A stretch of DNA of 63,701 nucleotides, counting the filler, from Folioceros fuciformis (lineage: Eukaryota), in assembly GCA_049999805.1 (NCBI GenBank). It is 9 parts of 9 records of this genome, joined end to end, with 100 filler letters (N's around TTAATTAATTAA, not from the genome) between each part and the next. Parts side by side here need not be neighbours in the genome. Positions count along the whole stretch, not along the records: positions 1 to 12,019 come from JBNGIO010001308.1; positions 12,120 to 40,219 come from JBNGIO010001309.1; 7 more parts are not named here. One strand, written 5' to 3'. A program made the position numbers and the translations under genes. The notes below the pieces were generated by a model. That model ran no database searches. It saw only the letters and a list, made by a program, of their open reading frames with translations, and had not been told where the DNA came from. Below are positions 1 through 12,663 of the stretch, in pieces (position 1 is the stretch's first letter; every line of letters begins with the position of its first letter).

Positions 1-1167
1 GAAGAACACGTGGTCTTGACGGCGTGCAAGAAGCCGGACAAGGAGGAGGACTTGCCTGCGCGGCCCATACTGCTTTCGATTACGCACAAGGCTGATAAGG
101 TGGTGCTGGATGACGCTCGCCTTTCTGCGCACAGCAACAAGGGGTATCGCATGGTGCGGGCGACGCGGGGGGTGGATGATGGAGCTTGGTATTTTGAGGT
201 GACTGTGGTGTATCTTGGGAACACGGGGCACACGCGGCTGGGCTGGACGACGCACAAGGCAGACGTGCAGGCTCCCGTGGGGTATGATTCGCAGAGCTAT
301 GCTTACAGGGATTTGGAGGGCCACAAGGTTAATGCTGCGCGCAGGGAGCCCTACGGGGAGGAGTACAAGGAAGGGGATGTAATAGGGTTTTACATCAACT
401 TGCCGGATGGGGCTGCTCTCGCGCCTCAGACTCCTCAGATTTACAATTACAAGGGAATGCCTTACCTTGCTCAGCAGAAGGAAGAGGAGGCAAAGCCAGT
501 GCCAGGTGTGTGGACTGCAGCCAGATTGGGTTGGATGTTGCTATCATGTTTGGAGGTTTTATGCTTTCTTGATGCTTGGAGCTGGGGTTTTGTTGTTGCA
601 GGGAGCGAAATTATTTTCTTCAGGAATGGCGTGTCTCAAGGGGCTGCATTTACAGACATATTTGCCGGCAGGTATTACCCAGCGGCGTCCATGTACACTC
701 TCCCTGAGCAGGATAGGTGCCAAGTAAGGTTTAACTTCGGACCCGAGTTCCAGTATCCTCCTCTGGATCTTGGTGGTAGGCCAGCTCCCAGACCCATGTC
801 TGATGTTCCCTATCAGGACTTTGGTGCTCGGGAGCCTGACTTGCATTTCGGCGCTGGCCTTGATGGGGGAAATTACGAGATGGCCAATGGGGCCAAATCA
901 GGTGTCAAGCATAGGTCATTTGGCGCAGGTCATGATGGAGACAAGAACAGGTCGCGGCGGGAAGCCAAGTCCAAAAAGAAACCAAAGTCAGATACGTTTG
1001 GGCAGCAGGCACGTCGTAGCTATGCCAAGGATCCAGAATCCCCGCAGAGCGTGGATCTTCATGCTCCCGTAAATGTAGAGATTGCTCTTGATTGGTCTGA
1101 CAGGGATGAAGGAAGCACAATGCTGGAAGAGACGATCCCCGTCGAGGTTACGGGAAGAGATGACTAA
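1..1167 (+). CDS. ASH2R: ASH2-related/TRAUCO SPRY-domain subunit of the COMPASS-like H3K4 methyltransferase complex (5' partial)
   Basis: Motifs [39 protein letters not shown] and FNFGP match the ASH2/Bre2 SPRY domain. A 96-nt GT-AG intron at 506-601 is read through in the ORF track. Confidence 0.9.
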   Translation, partial: EEHVVLTACKKPDKEEDLPARPILLSITHKADKVVLDDARLSAHSNKGYRMVRATRGVDDGAWYFEVTVVYLGNTGHTRLGWTTHKADVQAPVGYDSQSYAYRDLEGHKVNAARREPYGEEYKEGDVIGFYINLPDGAALAPQTPQIYNYKGMPYLAQQKEEEAKPVPGVWTAARLGWMLLSCLEVLCFLDAWSWGFVVAGSEIIFFRNGVSQGAAFTDIFAGRYYPAASMYTLPEQDRCQVRFNFGPEFQYPPLDLGGRPAPRPMSDVPYQDFGAREPDLHFGAGLDGGNYEMANGAKSGVKHRSFGAGHDGDKNRSRREAKSKKKPKSDTFGQQARRSYAKDPESPQSVDLHAPVNVEIALDWSDRDEGSTMLEETIPVEVTGRDD

Positions 1168-1452
1168 TGTTAAACATTAAGCTAGGCCTCGGTGGAAATC
1201 GTCAGATTTGTACATACGCTGGAGGTTGACTCTCCATGACATTCTTTGAAGTCCAGGGGGCACAATTACGAGCGCAATACGAACCGAGCCAAAGTTCGGT
1301 TGAATGTGAACTCGGCTCCTATGTGAACTTCCACACTATTCACATGTACTTTAACCCGTCCAGTATACATTCAGTATCTGGTATGTCCAGAGTAATGTGA
1401 AAGGGATCAAGCCTGAGCCCCAATACACCCCCGGTTGGGGTTGACAGGCAAA

Positions 1453-3489
1453 TCATTCATCGGTTTGCGCTAGATCATGGGGTCCATCGAATGACTGACT
1501 CTTCCGTAAATTCCAATGCAAACCGTCCCTAACACTACGCAAAAAGTCGCTTGTGGATTCTTTATCACATGCTGCTGGCACGGGCCACGCAGACATGTGC
1601 ACAACCAGTGAATCACCTGCACCTAGTCTCTGTCGATCCTTGCCGTCAAAAGAGACCCACGCTTGTCCTCTATTTGAGGGCGGCACTTGCACTCGGACAG
1701 TCACATACTCTGGCAAGATCAGTGGTCTGAAAGACAACGAGTGCGGACAGATTGGTGTGAAAAGAATCGCAGGGACCTGTACCAAGACGCTCAACTGCAT
1801 TAGAGTCAACAGACCACGCATCTGTTAAAAGCGGACTGAAATCATACTTCCCCACATGTTGCGGTGCATTACCTGTGGATGGACCATGGAACCGCCTGCC
1901 GCCAAGGAGTAGGCTGTACTACCAGAGGGAGTAGACAAAATTAGACCGTCGCCTTGAACATGGGTTACAAACAAGTTGTCACAGTAAACCTCTAAGTTCG
2001 TCAGAAACGATGACATGCCACGGTCGATGGCAACCTCATTCAACACCAGATGGGATTCTGTAGCGTGCCCCTCTGGACTACTCTCCTGACTGTCGCTATT
2101 CCTCACGATCTCACAGTGCAGACGCTGACGCAGGGTGATGTCCACAGGACCTTTGATTATCGTTTCCAGATAGTCTTTGTACCTTTCACTCTCTGCACAG
2201 AGCTTAATTGTCAAGGTAACCAAGCAGCAAAGACCGAAAACCGAGATTGAGCTGCATCAATTCTACAACAATTTTGCGCAAACAAAGTGCACATGGATAC
2301 TGAACGGAGTCATAAAGCCAAGGGAGCCCATGGCAAATGCCACAACGAGTGGAACGGGCCCTTTAAACATTGTTGCAGCCTGAACACAACGCAGGGATTT
2401 AGAGCGCTAATAGGCAACGTTCCGTAGCCTCGTAGCACACTACACGTATGGAGCAATGTTGGGTATTTCCGTGAATCACAGATCAACCAAACGTATGAAA
2501 CAGTGATGAGTACTTACGTAAAGCATAGTCCCATCTCCTCCAAGTGTGATCAGAATATCCACCTTGGTATGGAGTTGCAGGATCTCCTCATCTGCAAGAC
2601 ATCATAGCTGACAGCTCAAACCAGCTAAGACCCGGGACGCACTTGCAGCTTTCAAACATGCTTTGGAAAGGAAACCGCAGATACCTCTCTCCCATGTCTG
2701 CAGAAAAGAATACAAAAGACTTTCTGCCACCAGCTCCTTCCGTACCCTGGGCTCCACAAACACTGCAACATTCTTCTCCTCATGCAGCCATCTGTGCGCA
2801 AGTGAATTAGAATTTTCCCCCTCAACGTGCCTTACAGCATACTTTGTCATCACGGCCGCACGGCTACAATAAACATAAGATTCATAACAATCCTCGTAGT
2901 TTACAGTTGCAAACCTGCTCATCTCTCTGCACATAGCCTGAACTGACGAAGAGTCGGGCTTGCAGAGGATGAAGACAGACTGTGGTGGTGAGACCCAAAC
3001 AAGCGTGATCTGGAGCCATCTCCACCACCCGCCACCAGGTCAGTTTGCACATATTAAACGATTGCGTACAGAAGCCAACCCCACTAGTACCAAGAGGGGC
3101 GGGCACCTGCTTGCTGCTGCGTGCAGCCGTGGTTATATTGCCCCTCTCGAAAGACACAATGTCATGCTTGTGCCGTCTTCCAGCAGAACCCCAGGCCAAC
3201 CTAAATTCAGCCTGCATTCCATGGCCAATCCAGTTACCTCCCACAGCTCCCATCAGTTTAAACTGTGGAATTCCAGTGCGGGAGACAAAGAAGTGCACCG
3301 AATTTAGTCGCGAATCACCTTTCCACAGCGCTGTGAGTCAGGCCCAGTGGCCACTCCTGCAATACTCTCCCTCCTCAGCACCTGTTCATTGCAGATTCGC
3401 CCATGGCCACAGCATTGTCCGTTGGGTGACACTCTGCCATCCGCATGTTCATGACCCGCCTCCGTCGCATCATTGCCCCCTCCCTTCAT
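1453..3489 (-). CDS. NADK1: NAD(H) kinase, NADK1-like, multi-exon
   Basis: Exon pieces: [98 protein letters not shown]. The start codon at 3489 is tentative. Confidence 0.9.
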
Positions 3490-4099
3490 CGTTGAGCCTC
3501 CTTCAGACCAAACTCACAAACTCCGGGAGGAAGGACGATGAGAAGGGCCGAATCAATTCCTCATGCCGCAAGCTGGGCAGGACAAGAGTCGGACGTCCAA
3601 GACGAAAGAATATAACACATCCAGGCTCTATCGAGAACCAAGCAAGATTGCCCGGACGGAATGTAAGGCCCAAAGGACTGCCGAACGAGAATTCGCAAAA
3701 CTGCCCGCTGTCTGCGGCTCCTCTCTCTAACACTTGTCCGTCCTTTGTTGCAGGTTGGTGCAACGAGGCAGTCAGGACGATTGTCCAGGGAAGGTGCGAC
3801 TCCGCCCGGTTTAAATTTTTTTTTTTGGTCCCAATTTGCACAAAGTTCGGAAGAGCAACTTCAAATGTATGACGTACAACGCGGCAGCACGGCGTCAAGT
3901 AAAAGGCTTCCTCGCAGCCAGAAGAACAGCGGTGGGATCGCAACACCGGAGGAGAGCATCTGGAAAAGTCCAGATATTTACACGCCCGATATTAATATTG
4001 TGCCTACGTCGGTACAGAGTGGAATTGCGAACTTCAGCGCATGACGACGTCTATTGACTTGGCCTCGCTCACGCATCACCAGTATCCATATCCTCCTCT

Positions 4100-6800
4100 G
4101 GTAGGACATAGAATTCTATGTAAGACACGCGACCACCTTGTGGTTGGCTAGGATCGCCATGGTGTTGTTGGGCAGCAGTCGCTCGGACGGATATAAGGTG
4201 CTGGACTTTCAATAACCCATTGTTGCCGATGGTCAGCTTGCTGCCCCTGTTATCTTTAAGAATATTGCTGGGGATATTCGACGAAGTTGCTCGAAGAAAC
4301 TTGTACTTATACCTGGTTCCAAACAGGGCCGCTCGCCGTTTTGTGAGAAAACATGTTCCACAGGCGGGACGAGATGAGAACGGAGAGGGACCATGCATGC
4401 AGTACCTGAATCTCACTTGCTGGTCACACTGAAACGCAATAAACAAGTCTGTCTGTCCATCGTAAGGGAGGTCGATCTGCAGCAAGCGGCCGAGGACGTT
4501 CTCAAAAGTTTAAAAATGATAGCTATTCACTTCTTCATGACGCTGAAGCACGAGGAATACCTGCAAGTCTCCATGACCTTCACCTCTGAAGGTCACTCCT
4601 GGTGGATACGGGGAGATTGTGAGCTCTATACTTGACCCTGGCCACTCCAGATCATCGATGGCCTCTTTCAAGGCTGCAGACTGGAAACGGAGACGTCTCG
4701 GTGGTTGCTGCTTCTCGACAAGCTCAAAGCAAAAGCATCAGGACAAATCCGGAAGCTGCACCTTCACGGCGAAACATGCCGGCGTGCCGAGGTCATCGTC
4801 CAGGCTGTAATCCCTCGGGACGTTGTCTGGGATCTTAGTGCGAACCTCGGCGTAGATGCAAGTTTTGTTCACATCGGTCAACCTTACCGATACAAAGCAC
4901 AGATCTTGGCAAGGTGAGACTGCGCGAAAAAAAACAAGGTAACTGAAGGAGCTAGCTGGCACAGAATCATGAAAAGGGGCCGCATGACAACGAACTTGAG
5001 GAGCAACTGCATGTCCAAGCCCGGGTACTGTATCTCCAAAGCTGTCGCCCCACTCGAAGAGGTGAAGGTGCTCAAGCAGTCCACAAGCAAGCCCAGACCA
5101 ACAGCAAACCGAGGTCTAACTTCCGCAGTGTAATCGTACCTGCGAAACAGCTGCCGCGTACAGAAGAAGCTCATCGTCAGACTGCCCTTCGGCTGGTCCG
5201 GTTACACGAGAATCATGCCGTTATCTGGCCGAAACAGCAGCACCTCTTTCCTGAAGTATACACGAGCCTGGAAGCAGCCCCATTCCTCCAGAGTGAAAAC
5301 AAAACCATGCTCCGAGAGCTCGCAGATCGCATCCTGCACCAGCCAAACGTGGACATCGGTGCCACGACGTGTTGAAGACTGCTCAACGCAATTAGTGAAG
5401 GATCATGATTGAAACCTGCTGCTTCTTCCATCGGACCGAGGTAAGCGCATCCACCAAGCCTTGCACATTATCCAGCAAGCATCTCACCTCCAATGCTCTC
5501 TGACCCTCGTCCTGGGGAGCGGTCCCTGCGTCCATCCTCCCTGCCGCTCACCGCTGCCTAGTGCTCGTTGCTGTTGCGGACCGTCCCCCCAGAGAACCCT
5601 AACGGGGACCGTTGGCCATGCTTGGACTTCAACACTCACAGCTAACGGGCCCCGTTACAGCTTCTATTAAGAGCTAAACACGAGCAGGACCAATTCCCCA
5701 GACGGACAAGAGCCGTCCAGCAATTAATGTAAACCAATTATATTTCTCACACTGATCTCTCGGTTCCCCAGGGGTTACATGATCTTGGTGCTGGCACACC
5801 CGCAGATTTTCGATGACTAGCACAGGTGTGCTGTTTGCCGTAGGTTGAGGACGACAGGCGGATACAAAAAGAATGTCTTCATGGGCAAAAGAGAGGACCT
5901 CCTCTCCTCATCCAGACACTGCCCCTGCACCAACTGTCTGTGTGGTACATGCCCATGTGGCCTGCCATGGACCTGCTGATAAAAACGGCATGAGTCCCAA
6001 CCTCTCTCCCGAATGCGCGGTAGAGCCATTTGATGTCTGATGAGAAGAGGGATATGTACATGCATCGGATTCCATTCCCTGCCAAGGAACAACCGAGCTG
6101 CAGAAAGTTGAACCAGATAAGTTTAGAATACTCTCCGACAAGCTCTGATGAATCTTAGAAACTAGGGCTCCGTCTGAATGTGCTTCATCAATTTTGTAGG
6201 TTCCCCAAAGAGGACTAAACCGTGGAGCATCTTCTCTTGTTCTTGAGAAAGATCCTCAAAGCTCGCATGAAGATGATGAAAGGTATGGAGAAGAAAGCAC
6301 ACCCGTGTGGTCTCCTCTCATAGAATGGTGGTTGGCTTCAAATCTGTCGGGGTGGACTGGAAAAGGATAGTTGTTGCTGAACCCCTGCTCCAACCTCGGA
6401 TGGATGCTCCAAGCTCATATGGATGCTCCAAGGTCAGATGTTTCGCGGAATTGGGTTGTTAGAGCTGGAATTGCGGTTGATGATGCTCCAAGTATGGACG
6501 CGATTTGCCAAAAGCTTGAGAAGTGGCTGATGATAGCCATATTCATGGCATGGAGAAAGCTTAAATGCTCCATGCTGTATGCTGAACCTCCCAATGTTGG
6601 CCAAGACCACAAATCCAACCAACCATGTACTGCAGAGAGGCTTTGTAAACTTTTTCCAACGGGAGTGTATGTATGTCATCATTCTCGAGATCGCAAAGGA
6701 TTCCTCGAAATTACCGAGTGTCAGTTGATTCGATTATTCGTTGATTTGTTTCAACCGTAACCAACGGATTGACATCTGTATGTACGTTTGACCATGAAAT
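4100..6800 (+). mobile_element. Possible highly degenerate LINE (L1-like) relic
   Basis: Stop- and frameshift-broken frames resemble plant LINE ORF1 DUF4283 (FFMTLKHEEYLQ..GHSWWIRG..PW) and an ORF2 C-terminal Trp-rich segment (KWLMIAIFMAWRK). No RT core was recognised. Confidence 0.3.
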
Positions 6801-8268
6801 GCCGTCCATCCGGATTACACATTCTTGCAATACACTTGTGCCAACCTTGGCAATGTGAATGCGCGTGCCCTGGTGGTTGGATGGTCAAGTTCTAGCGGGT
6901 TCCAGACCAATGATGTGTGATAACCTCGTGGCCACGGCGATCCAGAACGCAACTGTGCTGTGCTCCATGTTTCTGTGGTGAGAGTTTTAGGGCTGAAGTC
7001 CCGGACTCGGGCTAGGGCCCGGGAATCTTGGAGGCTGTCACAAACAAAGTGTGCTGTCTGCACAAAAATCTTCGTTATGGAAACCTGTGCGTTCAGATCT
7101 CCTGTGCCCCTGGAAAGGACGACTCCACTTGTGGTGTCGGATGTCTGGCGGTGACTCCGGGCCCTCGGGTGTTGCCCTTGACCCTGCTAGGAGGCGAGGT
7201 AGCCCTGTCTCCTGCCTTCCCTTCCCTCCCCTGTTCACCCTTTTCGGAACCGCTAAAAGCAGTCTCGGAATCGCGTGTTCCGGGGAAGCCATAATACGTA
7301 TGTACCGCAGTTATCACGATTTACAGACTCCAAACTGTACCTATTACAGGAGTCAGTGCAGGCCAGGCCAGGCCATCGACGCAGTTTATTATTCTACGCA
7401 ACAGTTGGTTGTACCAGAGCACCTGGACTGCAGTGCAAAAGCTGTTGCAGTCTCCATACGCACATCCCCGTGCAGCAGGAGCGCACGATGTGAGGCGCTT
7501 CGCTGAAATGGAGGCCTCGCCTCGCAGAGTCCTTGAGGAACGGAATCCGTGCCGCAGGAGCATCAAGGTCCGCTTCCACTGCCAGTTGGCCCCGACTGGC
7601 ACGAGGGATCCACGGACGGTCTTCCGGACCCGGCACGGAGTGGACCGAGCGGCAGCTAGCTGTGGTGACAGAACAGCACAGTGGTGCGCAGGGCAGGAGC
7701 CAGGGACGTGCAGAGCCTGCAGATAGATGGGCGATGGCGACGAGGTCGCACGGTACAAGTGTCATATGTGTATGTGCAGCAGTACATACTAGTGGGTATG
7801 CAAATTGTGACCATCTCCACTATGCGTACTCGCCTCCAGTGGAGGTGCAGGCGGCACAAGAGGTCGCGGCTCGCTCGGATCCCCACATTCATGTGTGCAA
7901 GCCCCGCTAGCTCGGGAGAGACGAGATAATAATGCGGGCCTGGAGATGAGCTGGGAAGCATTTAAGGCTGAGCATGTGAAGTTGCAACGGGACTTCAATG
8001 CAGGTTGAAAGATCAAGGCGCTCTGACTGCGAGATCAGATGTCTCCAGAGCACTCTCCTCCCCCATTGGCTACTCTTCTTGTCTCTCCTCCTCACCTACT
8101 CTCTCCCTCCCTCTCTATTCTTTATATAGCTCTTAATGAATTATTTGATGCCGGGTACCCCGCCACGAGAGCCTTTCCCAAATGAACAGCATCATGGTTA
8201 TTGTTATTAGGATAAAATATGCCCTTGGAAAATATAACAGAAATTCTACCTATTGAGTGGGTTTAAGA

Positions 8269-8341
8269 GCGGGGATAGCTCAGTTGGGAGAGCCGTAGAC
8301 TGAACCTGTGAAGGTCGCGTGATCGATTCACACCCGCCGCG
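8269..8341 (+). pseudogene. tRNA-Phe(GAA) pseudogene / tRNA-derived element
   Basis: GCGGGGATAGCTCAGTTGGGAGAGC...CTGAA...GAAGGTCGCGTG matches plant cytosolic tRNA-Phe. The anticodon stem (GTAGA/TGTGA) and T-loop (GATCGATT) are disrupted. Confidence 0.85.
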
Positions 8342-8714
8342 TGGATTCGTAGTGAAGTATGAGAGTGGCATCTGTTTAATTGTTCCCCTTAGCCGGGGAT
8401 TTGTGGGACCCCGACCATGGAGCCGAGTGAAGCGGTAGTATACTGTGTACGGCGCCCAGTCCCGGAAGTCGCGCAGCTGGCTCCTGGTAAGGAGTGCATC
8501 TATCTGCTCGATGCAACAGTTACGGGCGCTGTGGAATCGTCACTAAAACGCCGTGCTCCCGATCCGGAAATGCAAGCGATGCTGGAGCCCGGGCGGCTGA
8601 AGCGACGTGAGCTGTGCCACACAAGGGCTCCGTCTTCCCCCGGTCGGGGAGCTTGCATGGCGGCGAGGAGCTGGAGGCAGGTGCGTCGTCTATGACCGTG
8701 GACGCGTGGAGGAA

Positions 8715-11450
8715 ATGCTAGCGGCGGAGGCATTTGCAATGCGGGTGCTACCCTGTCATCCGCTGTTACTGATGCTGCTGCTGCTGCTGGCAACGGTTGC
8801 GGCGGAGCAGCTCCCGGCGGAGCAAGTGAGCGCGCTGCTGGACATACAGAGGCTGCTGGAGTATCCGTCCGCCATGGCCGACTGGAACGTTAACACGGAC
8901 TTCTGCAGCAGCAAACAGGGCGGCGCGACAGTGCTGGCGTGCGCCGGGGGCACCCTTACAGAGCTGCAGGTGGTTGGGGACAAAGCGTGGGTGGCCACGG
9001 CGGAGCTGCGTGCGTCCCTCAACCAGAATCCCAGCAAGGACGGGAACTTGACCATGTCCCTCTCCTCCTCCTTCTCCATGGTGGAGCTAGCGGACTCTCT
9101 CACGGTGCTGCAAGGGCTGCGCACGCTGGCGCTCACGTCCGCAGGCATCTGGGGCCAGCTGGAGGACCTGGGCAGGCTCAACCGCCTCCAGAGCCTGGAG
9201 GTGCTCACCTTCTCCTCCAACCTCATCAACGGCTCCGTGCCCTCCCGCTGGGGCCGCCTCGCCAACCTCCAGGCCCTGGACCTGAGCCACAACGCGCTCT
9301 CCGGCTCCATCCCCGACCTGTCCAGCACGCCGCTCAATGGCAGCCTCCTCACACTCTCCCTCTCCGACAACCTCTTCTCCGGTTCCATCCCGGATACCTT
9401 CTCCGGCCTCCCCAACCTCCGCAACCTCTTCCTGGACTCCAACCAGCTGTCGGGCTCCTTTCCCGGCGCGCTCGCCTCCATGCCCTCCCTCGAGTCCCTG
9501 GCCCTCGGCGGAAACGGCTGGCGCGGCCCCGTCCCCTCGCTGCACCGCCTCGCCAATCTCCGCATCCTCGACCTCAGCTTCAGCGCGCTCGGCCCGGATT
9601 TTCCCCTGCTGCTCCCTCCCTCCCTGGCGTCCCTGGTGCTGGCCGGAAACGCCTTCGCGGACGCCCTCCCTTCCTCCCTGCTGACCCCGGAGGCCTTCCC
9701 GGCGTTGGCCACGCTGGACCTGTCCTTCAACAGCTTCTCCGGCTCCCTGCAGGCCTCCCTCTTCTCCCTCCCGGCACTCGCCTCCCTGCTCCTCCAAAAC
9801 AACCACCTCTCGGGAGCCCTCCCGAGGGACCTCTCACTGGGCCCGAAACTGGCGACGTTGGATATCTCCTACAACTTCTTCGTCGGTGCCCTCCCACCGG
9901 CTTTGCAGCATCCCGACGCCTCTAGGACGCTGAGCTTCTCATTCAACTGCTTCGACGCAAACGTGAGCGATTCGGGATTATTCGCATCCTCCCAGCTGCA
10001 GAACGCCCCGGCCTTCTGCGAGCAGGAGGTGGCGTCGGAGTTCGGCGCAATGCGGGCTGCCGGACGCGGGGGTAAGGACCACGTCGCGCTCATCGCCGGG
10101 GTGGCCGGGGGCGCGGTCGGGCTCGTCGCCGCGCTGCTGGTGCTGGTGGTGCTGTGCACCAGGAAGTTTCTGGATGGCGGCCTGTCCGGGAGGACCCGAC
10201 GGGCGGGTGCTGACAGCACCTCGGTGGAGCAGAGCTCCACAACCGGGAGCCTGTCACTCGTCGTGGCCGGCGGAAGCGGAGCCGGGAGCGATAAGGGGGT
10301 GCCGTCCGACTTCCTCTCCAAGGCCAGGTTCATCAGCCTCTCCTCCAAGCTTGGCGTGCTTTCCTTCTCCGACAACAGAGTGTACTCCCTGGAGCAGCTG
10401 GAGCGGGCCACCAACGGGTTCCACCGCGCCAACCTTCTGGGAGTCGGCAAGCGCGGGAAGGTCTACAGAGGCCGCCTGGACGACGGGACTCCGGTGGCCG
10501 TCAAGTGCGTCCCCCTTGACCCGCACTCGGACGTGCCCGACCTCCGGGTGCGGTTGTCAGGCCTGGCCAAGCTCCGCCACCACAACCTCGTGTCTCTCCT
10601 AGGGTATTGTGTGGAGAGCGAGTCAGAGGCGGGGCGGCGACGGCTGCTGCTGGTATCGGAGCTGGTAGGCAACGGGACGCTGCGGAGCCATCTGACCCGG
10701 GGGAAGGGCGGGGAGGAGCCGCTGTCGTGGGCGGAGCGCCTGCACGCCGTTGTCGGGGCGGGACGAGGGTTGCAGTACCTCCACTCCGGGCCCGGGCTGC
10801 TGTCCCGGGGCGGGGGCGTGAAGCACGGCATCAAGATCCACAACGTGCTGCTCGACCAACACCTGGTGGCCAAGCTGAGCGACTTCGGCCTGCCGCTGCC
10901 GGGGAGTGGAGAGATGGACGCCGCCGCGGCCCTGGCCCGGCGCACCGGGGGCCACCTCAACCTCGACCTTTACCGCCAGCAGCAGCAGCAGCGACAGCGC
11001 GCCGACAAGTTGGATGTGTACAATTTCGGGCTCATTCTGCTGGAGATTGTGCTTGGGCGGCCGCCGCTCATTGAGAACCCCACCGCCGACAGCCCTAACA
11101 TCCCCGAGCTCAACATGCTGATGCTTGACGAGCAGGGCCCGACCATGGACCTCATCGACTTTGCTATTGCGGGCTCCTACGTCCCCGAGTCCCTGGCCAC
11201 CGTGCTGGACATCGCCTCCAAGTGCCTCAGCGAGGATCCGTCCGCCCGCCCCTCCATGGAGGACGCGCTGTGGAATCTGCAGTATGCCGCGCAGGTGCAG
11301 GACTGCTCCGGATCTGCCGGCTCCGGCCTTGACCCTCTCGACTCCTCCGATCTCATCGAGCTGCAAAACTTCCGCAAATCCAAATCCAGAGGTTTTGGCG
11401 CAGCCGCCGCTTCCTCAGCTTCCACGGACACGGAATTGCAGCGTGGATAG
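8715..11450 (+). CDS. LRR receptor-like kinase, probably catalytically inactive (LRR-VI-like), intronless
   Basis: Signal peptide, plant LRRs (LxxLDLSxNxLSGSIP) and a TM helix (ALIAGVAGGAVGLVAALLVLVVL). The kinase has VAVK and DFG, but HRD is replaced by KHGIKIHN. Start is 8715 or 8739. Confidence 0.92.
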   Translation: MLAAEAFAMRVLPCHPLLLMLLLLLATVAAEQLPAEQVSALLDIQRLLEYPSAMADWNVNTDFCSSKQGGATVLACAGGTLTELQVVGDKAWVATAELRASLNQNPSKDGNLTMSLSSSFSMVELADSLTVLQGLRTLALTSAGIWGQLEDLGRLNRLQSLEVLTFSSNLINGSVPSRWGRLANLQALDLSHNALSGSIPDLSSTPLNGSLLTLSLSDNLFSGSIPDTFSGLPNLRNLFLDSNQLSGSFPGALASMPSLESLALGGNGWRGPVPSLHRLANLRILDLSFSALGPDFPLLLPPSLASLVLAGNAFADALPSSLLTPEAFPALATLDLSFNSFSGSLQASLFSLPALASLLLQNNHLSGALPRDLSLGPKLATLDISYNFFVGALPPALQHPDASRTLSFSFNCFDANVSDSGLFASSQLQNAPAFCEQEVASEFGAMRAAGRGGKDHVALIAGVAGGAVGLVAALLVLVVLCTRKFLDGGLSGRTRRAGADSTSVEQSSTTGSLSLVVAGGSGAGSDKGVPSDFLSKARFISLSSKLGVLSFSDNRVYSLEQLERATNGFHRANLLGVGKRGKVYRGRLDDGTPVAVKCVPLDPHSDVPDLRVRLSGLAKLRHHNLVSLLGYCVESESEAGRRRLLLVSELVGNGTLRSHLTRGKGGEEPLSWAERLHAVVGAGRGLQYLHSGPGLLSRGGGVKHGIKIHNVLLDQHLVAKLSDFGLPLPGSGEMDAAAALARRTGGHLNLDLYRQQQQQRQRADKLDVYNFGLILLEIVLGRPPLIENPTADSPNIPELNMLMLDEQGPTMDLIDFAIAGSYVPESLATVLDIASKCLSEDPSARPSMEDALWNLQYAAQVQDCSGSAGSGLDPLDSSDLIELQNFRKSKSRGFGAAAASSASTDTELQRG

Positions 11451-12019
11451 ATTTGCCCGAGCTTCAATACATGTTCTATTCCAAGCAGGTATTGGAGCAT
11501 CCTTAGGTCCTGTAGGTTGTAGGGTAATTTAGGGTAGGTACATGTCTCTCCACGCACTACACGTGACGTCTAGTTCAATAGGCGAAGCCTTTTAGATCAG
11601 TCCAGATCAGAAACACTTGCTTCCTTTCTTCCTCCCTCCCTTCCTTGCTGGCTCCTTCTTCAAATTTGAAGGCAATCTGTTTCAATTCGTCGGCACAACG
11701 TTGCATTGCCGCACATGACAGTGATCTGAAATGTCCAGCCGAAAACTTTCACAGTACTGGAAAACGAAACAGAGAGGAGAGGCTGCAGGTTCTGAGGAAC
11801 AACAAGTCAGGCTGAGGGAAACGAGCTTACTGTTCCTAACAATTTGAACGAGATGCTGTGAAGCTAACACACAAGAGGCAGGCAGCAGTAGTAGTGAATG
11901 GAGTTCTCTTTGGAGCGAGGAGGTCCTCCTTTCTCATGGCTACTCTCTCGAGAAAGTAGCCACGAGAATGAGTCTTGTAGATTCAGTTCAACCGAACTGA
12001 CGCAGACATTGGGAAGTGG

Positions 12020-12119
12020 NNNNNNNNNNNNNNNNNNNNNNNNNNNNNNNNNNNNNNNNNNNNTTAATTAATTAANNNNNNNNNNNNNNNNNNNNNNNNN
12101 NNNNNNNNNNNNNNNNNNN
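12020..12119. other. Artificial contig linker
   Basis: N44-TTAATTAATTAA-N44, with stops in all six frames. Confidence 0.98.
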
Positions 12120-12663
12120 CGACAGCCCCGTTCGCCTCGATTCGATTCGATTCGATTCGTTTCGCTTGGTGTCACAGTTGGAGCAAGACGCATTTATGTT
12201 GCCGTCCCGTACGCCTTGTGAAACAAAAAAAAGTCGCCAATGGATGCAGTTTGCAGGACAGACAGACATCACGATCATCATTCCACAAAATCGCCGGTAA
12301 CCCAGACGGTCCCTTCGCGGCGGCGGCGGCGGCGGCGGCGGCCCCTTTGCCAGCTCAGGCCCGGCCAGGCCGGGCCCCCTCTCTTTTCAAGTTTCAGGCT
12401 ACCCTACGCCCTAAATAATTCTGTACGGCATGCACACATACCGTATGTACATATCATCCTTTTATGAAATACATATCTATATTAAAACTAAAAGAGCTGA
12501 GAACAATAGATAGAGTAGACTCCACAATATACCACTACTTTCTTATGTTGGGCTCGGATTACTTATCAAAAAGAATGAACTTAAGATTTAAAAATAAAAA
12601 TTTGTATACAACAAAAAAAAGAGTTGATGATATACCTTTGACATATGGAATACAATATAGTAA

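Noticed and set aside
7050-8080. Possible minus-strand gene relic (TATA-like at about 8125; weak glycosyltransferase-like HYYLVSPELAGLAHMN)
   Set aside because: Multiple stops, and the similarity is too weak to assign.
8756-11366. Long antisense and alternate-frame ORFs over the RLK
   Set aside because: These are shadow ORFs expected from very high GC codon usage.
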